The position numbers were made by a program, and so were the translations under genes. From the NCBI GenBank assembly GCA_028283245.1, contig JAPYNU010000057.1, forward strand, positions 2,075 through 66,074: a stretch of DNA of 64,000 nt, given 5' to 3'. Positions 37,756 to 47,262 of this stretch are shown here, piece after piece; the stretch's first letter is position 1; every line of letters starts with the position of its first letter. Source of the DNA: Candidatus Aldehydirespirator catecholifindens. GTDB taxonomy: Bacteria > Actinomycetota > Acidimicrobiia > Acidimicrobiales > Aldehydirespiratoraceae. Below the pieces are notes generated by a model. The model was not told the DNA's origin, made no database searches, and was given only the letters and a program-made list of their open reading frames with translations.

Positions 37756-39516
37756 CTATTCGACGCCGAAATAGTAGGGGTAGAGTGGCTGACCGCCATC
37801 TGTGACCTCGACTTCGATGTCGCTGTGATGCTCGGTCATGTGGCTAACGATCGCTGCGGTGGCGGCGTCGTCTGCGTCTTCCCCAGCGATCACGGTCAGC
37901 AGCTCGTGGTGGTCGGTGACAATCGAATCCAGCAAGGCAGTCGCAGCGGTAGTCATGTCAGAAGTCACCGCTTCTATTCCCGCCGGGCCGATGCCGAGCC
38001 AGTCTCCAGTGGAGATCGAAGCCGCCGAACTAGAGGCTTCACGCACGGCCTGAGTGACTTCGCCGCTGATCACACAATCTGCAGCTCGGGCCATCTCCTG
38101 GAGGTTCGCGGTGATGGTGGCTGTGCCATTGAAAGACATCAGCGCTGCTAGCCCTTCAACCACGCTGCGGGTCGGCACCACGCCCACATTTCGCCGAGTT
38201 TCGCCGTCAAGTTGCTCGGCAACACCGATGATGTTCTTATTGTTGGGCAATACCACCACATTGCCGGTTGGCAGCGAATCAACGGCTGCCAACAGTTCGG
38301 CGGTGGACGGGTTCATGGACTGACCGCCGGTCACTACTCGCTGCGCCCCCATTGACTCAAGAATCTCAACTAAGCCTGCGCCAGCTCCAACCGCCACCAC
38401 GGCACAGCTATCAACCTCAGTGATCTCAACCGGCTCGAAAGCCTGCACGGTAACCCGATCATCGTTGGCGGTATCGGTGTCTGTGGGGGGTTGATTGAAC
38501 CATTCGGTGTGATCACCTGCTTGTTCTAATATGTCGGTGACCTCAATACGGTGAGGTCGTCCAACCGCGATACCCGCCTCAATGGCTGCACCAATGTGGT
38601 CGGTGTGGATATGGCAGTTCCAGATGCCGTCGCCGCCAACCACGACTATCGAGTCGCCGATGTCTTTCCAGGCAGCTTTGAAGCTGTCCACAGCAGAGTC
38701 GGGCGCATCCAGCAGGAACATCACCTCATAACGCAAATCCGCTACCGAAAACTCGCTGGCGGGATGCTCAGCATCGCTAGGGGCATCGCTTACAGCTCTG
38801 CCAGAGGCGTCAGAAGTGCCAGCGTGTGCTGCAGCTTGCGAGGGTGGTGCTTCGGGGGGTTCTGGCATGGGGCGACCGTCAAACACGTTCAAGCAGGCGT
38901 CAAACAGCAGAAGCAGCCCGGCACCGCCCGCGTCCACCACTCCCGCCGCAGCTAGCACTGGCAGCATTTCGGGGGTGCGAGCCAGTGCGTCATGACCACG
39001 GTCGCTTGCCGCGTCAAGCACTTCGACCAGACTGGCACCTTGTGAGGCTGTGCTTTGGGCAGCTTCAGCAGCTTCACGGACGACGGTCAAGATGGTGCCT
39101 TCCACGGGTCGGGCCACTGCCGAGTAGGCACCGTCGCTGGCAGCTTGCAAAGCCGCAGCCATAGTTGCAGCGTCAGGTTCGGTGGATTGAGTGGATTGGG
39201 TGGATTGGCTCAACGCCCCACAGATGCCTCGAAGTATCTGAGCCAGGATCACTCCAGAGTTGCCGCGAGCCCCCATGAGCGCCCCGTGTGAGATAGCTGC
39301 ACACAGAGCCTCAAGATCGTCAGCGGTGTCTTCGCAGCTTTCAAGCACCGACTGCAGGGTCGAGGACATGTTCAGGCCGGTGTCGCCGTCGGGTACCGGA
39401 TAGACGTTCAGATTGTCAAGCACCTGCCGGTGGGAGGTGAGCCCGTCGTGGAATTTGGTGATGACGCGGCGCAAGGTGACTGCATCAACGACAGGTGATA
39501 CCACCGCGGAGGTCAT
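37756..39516 (-). CDS. DAK2-domain fatty-acid-kinase-like protein (YloV/FakA type)
   Basis: LNVYPVPDGDTG, GARGNSGVIL, VDAGG, GGQSMNPS, GGQPLYPY; leaderless ATG at 39516 (TATCOMMIT-free reading: TATCCT 6 nt upstream). Confidence 0.92.
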   Translation of the reverse strand: MTSAVVSPVVDAVTLRRVITKFHDGLTSHRQVLDNLNVYPVPDGDTGLNMSSTLQSVLESCEDTADDLEALCAAISHGALMGARGNSGVILAQILRGICGALSQSTQSTQSTEPDAATMAAALQAASDGAYSAVARPVEGTILTVVREAAEAAQSTASQGASLVEVLDAASDRGHDALARTPEMLPVLAAAGVVDAGGAGLLLLFDACLNVFDGRPMPEPPEAPPSQAAAHAGTSDASGRAVSDAPSDAEHPASEFSVADLRYEVMFLLDAPDSAVDSFKAAWKDIGDSIVVVGGDGIWNCHIHTDHIGAAIEAGIAVGRPHRIEVTDILEQAGDHTEWFNQPPTDTDTANDDRVTVQAFEPVEITEVDSCAVVAVGAGAGLVEILESMGAQRVVTGGQSMNPSTAELLAAVDSLPTGNVVVLPNNKNIIGVAEQLDGETRRNVGVVPTRSVVEGLAALMSFNGTATITANLQEMARAADCVISGEVTQAVREASSSAASISTGDWLGIGPAGIEAVTSDMTTAATALLDSIVTDHHELLTVIAGEDADDAATAAIVSHMTEHHSDIEVEVTDGGQPLYPYYFGVE

Positions 39517-39666
39517 GGTTCGAGGATACCTGTCGCTTTGGACGGGCTCGTTGATATGCGTCGCTTGGAGATATGCGTCGCTTGGAGTGCGCCGCCAAAT
39601 TGATCTAGTTGATCTAGGCACGCTAAACACGGCCAGTTTCAAGATGTGCCCACTACGATGCGTTTC

Positions 39667-39888
39667 GTGCAGGGCGTAATTAAGAGCTATGACCCAGTCA
39701 CCGGCGACGGTGTGCTTGTGAACGAAGCCGACCTGCAAGATGTCGATTTGGCAGCGAATGCGTTGGAGGGGTCGCTGTTCCGGATGCTGCGCCAAGGCCA
39801 GCGAGTGCAGTTCGATCTTGACAGCCAGGGTCGAGCCACTAGGCTGCGTCTGGGCTCCGAAGTCGACATGGCCACACCAGACTTCTAA
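39667..39888 (+). CDS. Cold-shock-domain-like small protein
   Basis: QGVIKSYDPVTGDG...FRMLRQGQRVQFD resembles the CSD fold; GTG 7 nt after TACGAT. Confidence 0.7.
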   Translation: MQGVIKSYDPVTGDGVLVNEADLQDVDLAANALEGSLFRMLRQGQRVQFDLDSQGRATRLRLGSEVDMATPDF

Positions 39889-39907
39889 AGCCCATTAACC
39901 AGAAGGC

Positions 39908-40282
39908 TCATATTGCGGAATCCAGGATCACTGCACGAATGCCGAGCCCCATCAAGAACAACCCGGTAAAGCCGTAAAGCAGACACAAGTAGGCACGCAG
40001 ATGCGGCCTGTAGCTGTAAGCGATGCCTACCGCGACCAGACCCGAAAACCCGTAGAGAGCGTGAAGTTCGGGTGCCTCACGGTTCTCGGCGACCATGAGC
40101 CACGTCCCCAGCCCTGCCTGCACAAACACGGTGAGCTGGGCTGCTGCTGTGGCGATCCACAACGCAGATGTGCGCAGGCTTGTGCGCCGATGCGCCACCA
40201 GAGCCCATAATCCCACCGCCGCGTTGGCGAAGATCACTACCCATGAGAACCAGTCATGCGTGGCGCTCACAGTCGCGAACAT
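39908..40282 (-). CDS. Four-TM hypothetical membrane protein
   Basis: Four hydrophobic segments, HALYG motif; ATG at 40282. Confidence 0.8.
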   Translation of the reverse strand: MFATVSATHDWFSWVVIFANAAVGLWALVAHRRTSLRTSALWIATAAAQLTVFVQAGLGTWLMVAENREAPELHALYGFSGLVAVGIAYSYRPHLRAYLCLLYGFTGLFLMGLGIRAVILDSAI

Positions 40283-40356
40283 CAAGCCACAACCACTTCA
40301 CAGTGCATCATTTTGGGGGCACAGACCGCGTGTGTGGCGCTCACAGTCGCGAACAT
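40282..40356 (-). CDS. Putative bridge mini-ORF (24 aa)
   Basis: MFATVSATHAVCAPKMMHCEVVVA; TGATG overlaps at both ends; made by a ~33-bp direct repeat with 74-bp period. Confidence 0.5.
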   Translation of the reverse strand: MFATVSATHAVCAPKMMHCEVVVA

Positions 40357-41498
40357 CAAGCCACAGCGCCGCTGGCACGCAATGACGCTATGGCATCGGA
40401 GTCGAGTCCCGCCTCAAGCAGGATCTCGTCGGTGTGCTGACCAGCGTGAGGTGGAGGTCGGCGGATGCTGCCTGGGGTTCGGCTAAAGCGCGGTGCTGGA
40501 TTCGGTTGAACCGTGCCAGCCACTTCACCGAAAGTGTCGCGCGCTGCGTTGTGCGGATGATCAGGTGCCTCAGTCAGTGACAGCACTGGAGCGAAACAGC
40601 AGTCGCTGCCCTCAAACAGTTCGCACCACTCATCTCTAGTGCGCTGCGCTATCACGGCAGCGAGTTTCTTTTTGAGGTCAGGCCAGGCCGCTCTGTCCAT
40701 CTGCTGATCCCATTCGCTGCCATCCAAACCCAAACGCTGGCGAAGCTCAGCATAGAACTGCGGCTCCAAAGGGCCCAAAGTGATGAACTTGCTATCAGCG
40801 GTTTCATACACGTTGTAGAAGTGGGCACCGGTGTCAAGCATGTTGGTGCCACGTTCTTCACTCCAAAAAGGCGTGCCAGCCAGCCCAAAGAACGCAGTCA
40901 TCAACGAGGCTGCACCGTCAACCATGGCTGCGTCCACCACTTGGCCTTGGCCCGAAGTGCGAGCCTCCAGCAAAGCGCACACCATCCCGAAAGCTAGATA
41001 CATGCCCCCGCCACCGAAATCCCCAACAAGGTTGAGTGGTGGCACTGGAGCTTCACCGGCACGCCCGATGCTGTGCAGTGCGCCCGCAAGGGCGATGTAG
41101 TTGAGATCATGGCCCGCGCTTGAGGCGTAAGGGCCTTCCTGCCCCCAGCCCGTCATTCTGCCGTAGACCAGACGAGGGTTGAGTTCTAGGCAGTCGTCGG
41201 GACCGATCCCCAGACGTTCAGCCACACCCGGTCGGAACCCCTCCAACATGGCATCAGCGCCTGATGCCAGCGTCATTACCAGATCCACCCCGTCAGACGA
41301 CTTCAGGTCAACACCAATCGAGCGTCTGCCACGGTTAAGTAGATCTCTGGGAGGTTCAGATGGGTCACCTCCGCGCACGGCTCCGGCACGATCAACACGG
41401 ATCACGTCCGCGCCCATGTCGGCAAGCATCATGGCACAAAACGGCCCAGGCCCGATGCCCGCGATCTCAATGACTCGAATTCCTGTCAAAGGCCCCAT
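40356..41498 (-). CDS. CaiB/BaiF family III CoA-transferase / alpha-methylacyl-CoA racemase
   Basis: IAGIGPGPFCAMMLADMGA, EGFRPGV, GHDLNY, LVGDFGGG. Confidence 0.92.
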   Translation of the reverse strand: MGPLTGIRVIEIAGIGPGPFCAMMLADMGADVIRVDRAGAVRGGDPSEPPRDLLNRGRRSIGVDLKSSDGVDLVMTLASGADAMLEGFRPGVAERLGIGPDDCLELNPRLVYGRMTGWGQEGPYASSAGHDLNYIALAGALHSIGRAGEAPVPPLNLVGDFGGGGMYLAFGMVCALLEARTSGQGQVVDAAMVDGAASLMTAFFGLAGTPFWSEERGTNMLDTGAHFYNVYETADSKFITLGPLEPQFYAELRQRLGLDGSEWDQQMDRAAWPDLKKKLAAVIAQRTRDEWCELFEGSDCCFAPVLSLTEAPDHPHNAARDTFGEVAGTVQPNPAPRFSRTPGSIRRPPPHAGQHTDEILLEAGLDSDAIASLRASGAVA

Positions 41499-41679
41499 GT
41501 CTTCACCTTCCTTCGCTATTGATTACCTGTCGATTACCTGTTCCGATTACCTATTCGCTCAGCGTCTTTTGACACTCCCAACATGTTGGAGTAAAGCCCG
41601 TGCATAAGTATCAGCGCAGGATCAGCGCGGGATCGGTTTCGTTACCGAAAATTTCATAAGCGATCTCAATCTCGCCGTT

Positions 41680-42975
41680 GTGAGCGCTGAGCATGTCACC
41701 GGCAAGTTATCGTCATCGTTGGTGTCGGAGATTCAACGTCGCACCATCGCCGTGACCATGAGTTCGGTGATACCCACCTCAATGGCCATGGCTGCCGCGT
41801 TTGCCGCCTCTGCGGTGCTCGCCGAGGAGATCACCGGCAGCGCCACTCTGGCGACTCTGGCCGCCGGGTCAATGGCGCTGGGCAGCATGGCCGCAGCGGT
41901 TCCTTTGTCGCGCCGCATGGCTCGGCTGGGAAGACGCCGGGGTCTTGTAGCTGGCTGGTGGCTGGGCGCTCTCGGGGCGGCGATTGCTGTTCTAGCAGCG
42001 GTGTTCAATGTGTATCTGTTGGTGGTGGTGGGAATGATCGGAGTGGGCATCGGGCAGACCGCCAACCTGGCAGCCCGCTACGCGGTGGCCGACAATGCGT
42101 CCGAGGACCGCTTGGCGCGCTCTATAGGGATGCTGATATGGGCCTCCACCTTCGGGGCTGCTGCGGGACCGACGATCGCGCTGGGGGCTGTAGCCGACTT
42201 AGCCGGATTTTTCGGCTTTCCTGAACTAGCTGGCCCTTACCTGCTGAGCACTGCAATGTTTGTGACCGGACTGGTCATCACCCACACCTGGCTACGCCCC
42301 GATCCGCTTGAGGTGCTCGGCACTATCGGAGCCAAAGCCCCCAAACCAGAGTCGCCTTTCGTAGTGATCCGCCGGATCGCGGCTCTGCCAGCGGCTCGAC
42401 TGGCCCTGCTAGCGATGCTGATGGGGCAGTTGGTGATGGTCGGAGTGATGACAGCCACACCGCTGCATATGACTAGCGGCGATCAAGACTTGGCTGTAAT
42501 CGGTCAGGTGATCTCGCTTCACATTGTGGGTATGTACGCTTTCTCGCCGATTGTGGGATGGCTGGTCGACCGGCTTGGCACCCATGTCATGGTCACAGTC
42601 GGCGGGCTGACTTTGTTTGTCGGGGCTGAACTCGCTGGGCACACCAATCCTGAGCACAGTGCTGGTTTGTTCAGCGGGCTAATGCTTATAGGCATCGGCT
42701 GGAGTTGTGGACTGATCGCTGGAAGCACGCTTTTGACCAACGCTTTTGCTGTCGAACACAGAGTGGAGGTTCAAGGTGCAGCCGACTTCGTGATGATTAG
42801 CGGCGGGGCTCTGGGTGCGATGTCATCGGGTGCGCTAGTGGAACTGCTGGGATTTCAGTTGCTGAGTCACTATTCCGGCATTGCGTCTCTGCTGCTGGTC
42901 GCTGCTGCCGCAGGGGCCTGGTTCAATGCACGCTTCAACCGCACACGGCTCACTCAGGCAACTCCATCGTCTTGA
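41680..42975 (+). CDS. MFS transporter
   Basis: About 12 TM; RLGRRRGL and GWLVDRLG motif-A-like segments. Confidence 0.9.
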   Translation: MSAEHVTGKLSSSLVSEIQRRTIAVTMSSVIPTSMAMAAAFAASAVLAEEITGSATLATLAAGSMALGSMAAAVPLSRRMARLGRRRGLVAGWWLGALGAAIAVLAAVFNVYLLVVVGMIGVGIGQTANLAARYAVADNASEDRLARSIGMLIWASTFGAAAGPTIALGAVADLAGFFGFPELAGPYLLSTAMFVTGLVITHTWLRPDPLEVLGTIGAKAPKPESPFVVIRRIAALPAARLALLAMLMGQLVMVGVMTATPLHMTSGDQDLAVIGQVISLHIVGMYAFSPIVGWLVDRLGTHVMVTVGGLTLFVGAELAGHTNPEHSAGLFSGLMLIGIGWSCGLIAGSTLLTNAFAVEHRVEVQGAADFVMISGGALGAMSSGALVELLGFQLLSHYSGIASLLLVAAAAGAWFNARFNRTRLTQATPSS

Positions 42976-44009
42976 TCGTCAAGAATGGCGATGCGATCAG
43001 GGTCAAGGCGGTAGCTGAGTTTCTCGCCGACCTGCGCTGGCTGCGGATCCATCACCACAAGTTTGCAATCACCAGGATCACTGCTTAGTACCAGTTCAAA
43101 ACGATCACCGCGGAAACGCACTTCGCTCACCGTTGCCGTCAACGAATTCGTGGCGGTGAAATCTGTGGACTCAGTAGACGCTTCAAACTTAGGAGACGCT
43201 TCGTTGAGTCGCGAAAAGGCATCACTACGAAGCAGTACCCGGCCCGCAGCAACACTGAGACACCCCCAAGGCACTTCACCGCGTGGTCCGACATTCACTA
43301 AATTGGTATGACCCAAAAATCTGGCTGTGTTGCTTTGTCGGGGATCACGCCAAACCTCCGCTGGGGTGCCGATCCTGGCGATCTGTCCCGCCCGCATCAA
43401 AGCCACCCTGTCTGCTACCGCGAAAGCTTCGTCGTGGTCATGGGTGACATGCAGCGCCGTCACGCCGACACGTCGCAGCACCGTGCGCAGTTCTGCGGTA
43501 AGTTGCTCACGACGGGGGCGGTCCAGCGACCCGAGCGGCTCATCAAGCATCAACAGCCGAGGTTCGGGGGCCAGCGATCGCGCTAACGCGACTCGCTGGG
43601 CTTCACCTCCCGAAAGCGTGGCGATCGACCGACGCTGATAGCCAGCCAGACCTACTAGATCAAGCACTTCTTCAACCCGTCGGTCGCGCCTAGGCGCGTC
43701 TAGTTTCTTCATGTGCAAACCGAAAGCCACGTTGGCTGCCACATCACGATGCGAAAACAGGGCGTGCTCCTGAAACATCAACCCAAAATCACGGCGATGC
43801 ACAGGCTTTGCGTCTAGGTTCTCGCCGTTCCAACGAACCTCGCCGTCATCAAGTGGCTGCAATCCCGAAATGGCACGCAACAACGTGCTTTTGCCGCAGC
43901 CGCTAGGGCCAAGCACTGCAAGGATTTCACCGGTTGCTACTTGCAGATCCAATCCAGAGAGGGCAACAACATCTGCGAAGCTGACCTTGGCACCGGTGAC
44001 TGTCAGCAT
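42954..44009 (-). CDS. thiQ: Thiamine ABC transporter ATP-binding protein
   Basis: GPSGCGKST, LSGGE, LDEP, VTHD; in a TPP-riboswitch operon. Confidence 0.85.
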   Translation of the reverse strand: MLTVTGAKVSFADVVALSGLDLQVATGEILAVLGPSGCGKSTLLRAISGLQPLDDGEVRWNGENLDAKPVHRRDFGLMFQEHALFSHRDVAANVAFGLHMKKLDAPRRDRRVEEVLDLVGLAGYQRRSIATLSGGEAQRVALARSLAPEPRLLMLDEPLGSLDRPRREQLTAELRTVLRRVGVTALHVTHDHDEAFAVADRVALMRAGQIARIGTPAEVWRDPRQSNTARFLGHTNLVNVGPRGEVPWGCLSVAAGRVLLRSDAFSRLNEASPKFEASTESTDFTATNSLTATVSEVRFRGDRFELVLSSDPGDCKLVVMDPQPAQVGEKLSYRLDPDRIAILDDQDDGVA

Positions 44010-44027
44010 CTGCGAACCACCCGAGAC

Positions 44028-45689
44028 CTAGAAGACACCCGAGCGCGCATCGCCCCACAGATCCATCAAGAACACAACCAAAGCGGTGAGCACCATAAGC
44101 GAAACAGCCAACGCCATGGCTTGTCCTCTCAACGCGTCACCGGGAGTGCCCAGCAGCCTAAACAATGCCAGCGGCGCAGTCAGTGTCTCGGGCCTGCGAG
44201 GAATGAACGATGTCGCCCCGAACTCACCAAGCGACACAGCAAAAGCGAACCCGGCACCGACTGCTGCGCCGCGTGCGGCAGCAGGTAGGTCTACCTCACG
44301 GCGTGCCCGCCAAGGCGATGCCCCCAACATCGCTGCCGCTTCACGCACCCGGGGGCTGACACTGCGCAGCATTGGCACCAGTGTGCGTACTACGAAAGGA
44401 ATCCCCACCACGGCGTGCGCTATCGGAACCACAATCACCGCTGTGCGAATGTCAATCGGTGGACGGTTCAGCACCAGCAAGAAACCCAGCCCGACTGTTA
44501 CCGCCGAAGTGCCTAGCGGCAGCGTCAAGGTGACATCGGTTAGCCCCGCTACGGTGCGGCCAGTGAGTGAAGCTGAGCGCAACACCACGATGGCAGCCGC
44601 GCCACCCACCAGCAGAGCCAAAGCGGCGGCTGGCACAGCGAACTGCAACGAATTAGCCAGAGCAGCCAAAGCAGTGTCGGGCAGCAGGTTGACCCGCTGA
44701 GCCATAGCGCTGTAGTGACGCAACGTGTAGCTGCCGTCGCCTGCTATCAGCGAACGTTCAACTAGCAGCGCTAGGGGCAAACCCAGAACTAATCCCATAA
44801 CCCCCAAGTTGAACATCAATCCGATGCCTCGATGTCGGGGGGCGGGCGCTGCCACGATTGCTGGTGCCGAAGAAGCGCGACGGCGCTCCAGCAGGATCGA
44901 CACGATCACCAAAGCCAGCACTGCCGCAAGTTGTATGACGGCCAATGAGGCCGCAACCGACAAGTCGAGACGCACCACGGCTTGTCGGTAGATCTCGGTT
45001 TCGATGGTGGCGCGTGTTGGGCCTCCCAGGATTAGCACCACCCCGAAAGAAGTAAACGAGAACAAAAAAACGATAGCTGACGCAGCGGCCAGCGAAGGTG
45101 CCAGTCGAGGCAGCACAACATGGCGAAAAACCGCGAAACGTGAGGCACCCAACACGCGGGCTTGATCCTCAACGCGGGCATCAAGGCTCTCCCAATGCGC
45201 TCCGACTATGCGGAGCACCACCGCATAGTTGAAGAACATGTGCGCCAAAAGGATCGCCCATATCGTGTGACGCAAGCTCAGAGCACCGTCGCCTGCTAGT
45301 CCGAGACGGTCGAATGTGCCTTCGAACGCTGCCGCCACAACCACAGTCGGCAAAGTGAATGGCACCGTGGCCACAGCTCGCACCAACCGGCGACCACGAA
45401 AACGAAGCCGAGCCACCGCGGCGGCTGCGGGCAGCGCCACCGCCACAGTCAACGCTGTTGACGCTGCAGCCTGCCAGAAGGTGAACCAGATCACCGAGCG
45501 ATGCGACGGCGAAGCGAAGACCTCGCCTAGGCCTCCAGCCGCCCCAGATCCTCCGAAGCCTCGGTGAATAACAGCAGCGACAGGCCACACAAAAAACAGC
45601 CCCATGAACAAGATCACCAAACCCGCAGGCAGCAGCACCCAGCTGTGGCGGGCTGCTGCGGCGAGTCTCGTTGTTGTCGGTTTCGGCAC
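44028..45689 (-). CDS. thiP: Thiamine ABC transporter permease
   Basis: Duplicated permease with EAA loops (EDQARVLGAS, EAAAMLGAS), SLGEFGAT. Confidence 0.87.
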   Translation of the reverse strand: MPKPTTTRLAAAARHSWVLLPAGLVILFMGLFFVWPVAAVIHRGFGGSGAAGGLGEVFASPSHRSVIWFTFWQAAASTALTVAVALPAAAAVARLRFRGRRLVRAVATVPFTLPTVVVAAAFEGTFDRLGLAGDGALSLRHTIWAILLAHMFFNYAVVLRIVGAHWESLDARVEDQARVLGASRFAVFRHVVLPRLAPSLAAASAIVFLFSFTSFGVVLILGGPTRATIETEIYRQAVVRLDLSVAASLAVIQLAAVLALVIVSILLERRRASSAPAIVAAPAPRHRGIGLMFNLGVMGLVLGLPLALLVERSLIAGDGSYTLRHYSAMAQRVNLLPDTALAALANSLQFAVPAAALALLVGGAAAIVVLRSASLTGRTVAGLTDVTLTLPLGTSAVTVGLGFLLVLNRPPIDIRTAVIVVPIAHAVVGIPFVVRTLVPMLRSVSPRVREAAAMLGASPWRARREVDLPAAARGAAVGAGFAFAVSLGEFGATSFIPRRPETLTAPLALFRLLGTPGDALRGQAMALAVSLMVLTALVVFLMDLWGDARSGVF

Positions 45690-45710
45690 TCGTTGTTGTC
45701 GGTTTCGGCA
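45667..45710. repeat. Perfect 22-bp tandem duplication at the thiP start
   Basis: ctcgttgttgtcggtttcggca x2. Confidence 0.92.
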
Positions 45711-45757
45711 TGGTCTGCGCTGTGATCACGGAACCGGAGGTTCCCAGAGCAACACCT

Positions 45758-46921
45758 TCAGCGAAGCACTATCTCCACCCAGCGGTCGGTCCAAGCGTCA
45801 CGCTGAGCCTCGACCTCAGCTGGATCCAAAATGAACGGATCCTCTGCGATCTCGGCGTGTGCCACAAACTCTGGTGGCAGGGTGGCAGCGGTGTTCACTG
45901 GGAATACGAACATGTTCAAAGGAACATCGTTTTGGAATGTTTCACTGAGCATGAAGTCGATCAACGCTCTTGCGCCTGCTGGGTTGTCGGCACCTGCCAG
46001 CACACCAGCAAACTCAATCTGGCGGTAACAACTGTCAATTATCACCCCTGTGGGTGGATTATCGACAGGAGGATCAGCGAAGATCACCTCCGCAGGCGGG
46101 CTGGATGCATATGACACGACTATCGGCCGGTCGCCGCCGCCGACGGTGAACTCGCCGTAGTAGGCATCGGACCATCCAGAGGTAACTGACACGCCGTTGT
46201 CGCGCAGAGCAGCCCAGTAGTCCTCATAACCTTCGCCGTAGCGGGCAATGGTGGCCAATAAGAACGCAAGTCCAGGCGAAGAAGTTTCGGGGCTCGGCAC
46301 TACGAGCATGTCTTTGTAGGCCTCATCGGTGAGGTCGTCGAGGTCGGTGGGCGGCGGCGTGTCGCCAGCGAATGCATCAATCCAGTAGTTGAGGCAGACA
46401 TCGCCGAAATCGACGGGTGTTACCCGGTGCTGTGAGTCGAGCTCGAATCGGTCGGGCACATTTGTGAGCCCCGGTGATTCGTAGGGCTCAAAAAGATCGC
46501 AGTCCAAGCCTCGCTGCAAGAACGTGTTGTCGATACCGAACAGCACATCGCCGAGCGGTTCGCCGGCGGTAAGGCACGCTTGCGCTACTAAGGCACCGGC
46601 ATCACCAGAGGCGAGTTGCTCTACTTCGATGCCAGTAGAGGATGTGAACGCTTCCAATGTCTCTGGAGAAACCGCGAACGAGTCGTGGGTGAGCAACGTC
46701 ACGGTGGTTCCAGACAGGTCTTCGCTTCCTGTGCTGTTGCTAGCGTCGCTGTCAGTGTCGTTGTCGTTGCTGTCGCCGCAGGCCGCAGACAGAAGCGCCA
46801 GCGCTACCAGCGCCGCGACCACACTTAGAGCCTTGGGCAACTTGTGCCTTTTGCACGAAACCCTGTGCGCTCGCTTTTTGGGGCGCGCTTGTCGAACAGT
46901 GTTTGAGATTTGGTGATCCAT
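45758..46921 (-). CDS. thiB: Thiamine ABC transporter substrate-binding lipoprotein
   Basis: Lipobox LSAAC, THDSF, GIDNTFL, PETSSPGLAFL, GWSDAYY, VSYASSP, RQIEFAG. Confidence 0.92.
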   Translation of the reverse strand: MDHQISNTVRQARPKKRAHRVSCKRHKLPKALSVVAALVALALLSAACGDSNDNDTDSDASNSTGSEDLSGTTVTLLTHDSFAVSPETLEAFTSSTGIEVEQLASGDAGALVAQACLTAGEPLGDVLFGIDNTFLQRGLDCDLFEPYESPGLTNVPDRFELDSQHRVTPVDFGDVCLNYWIDAFAGDTPPPTDLDDLTDEAYKDMLVVPSPETSSPGLAFLLATIARYGEGYEDYWAALRDNGVSVTSGWSDAYYGEFTVGGGDRPIVVSYASSPPAEVIFADPPVDNPPTGVIIDSCYRQIEFAGVLAGADNPAGARALIDFMLSETFQNDVPLNMFVFPVNTAATLPPEFVAHAEIAEDPFILDPAEVEAQRDAWTDRWVEIVLR

Positions 46922-46926
46922 GGGGT

Positions 46927-47016
46927 TCTTCCTCCGCTGGCATTACCCAGATCAGGTCGGCGGGTCGACACCGCTGTAGGTGCCCTCTCAGCCCGGCTGC
47001 CCCGAGCTCCCCGGTT
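46927..47016 (-). ncRNA. TPP riboswitch
   Basis: Minus strand GGGGAGC...GGGCTGAGA...GACCC...ACCTGATCTGGGTAATGCCAGCGGAGGAAG directly upstream of thiB; the SD lies in the 3' end of the aptamer, suggesting translational control. Confidence 0.95.
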
Positions 47017-47262
47017 TGTTGTTGTCACAGCACTATAGAAGCAACCAGCGACACCTGCGCTCGGCGAGGTTCAACAGACAATGTGAAAATCAGTTCGGCT
47101 AATGTCACACCCTGTCTCTACGTTGTTGGGTCATGTCCCTAACCACATCTTTTGCACAATCTTTTCAAGCCGCTGCGCGCAGCCACTACATCGCACTTGC
47201 CTACCGGCTTGATGCGTTCACTCACACGATTCAGCTGATTGCAGTGCTTGCAGCGTTGACGG

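Noticed and set aside
39517-39795. N-terminal extension of the DAK2 protein
   Set aside because: Overlaps the divergent CSD-like gene; a -10 box sits 6 nt before ATG 39516.
40258-40365. Repeat-spacer-repeat resembling a minimal CRISPR array
   Set aside because: Only two units, the repeat is the coding junction of adjacent genes, and there are no cas genes or leader.
44003-44020. Five-codon ORF (MVRRC) overlapping the thiQ start
   Set aside because: Too short and not anchored to the thiP stop; not counted as a bridge.
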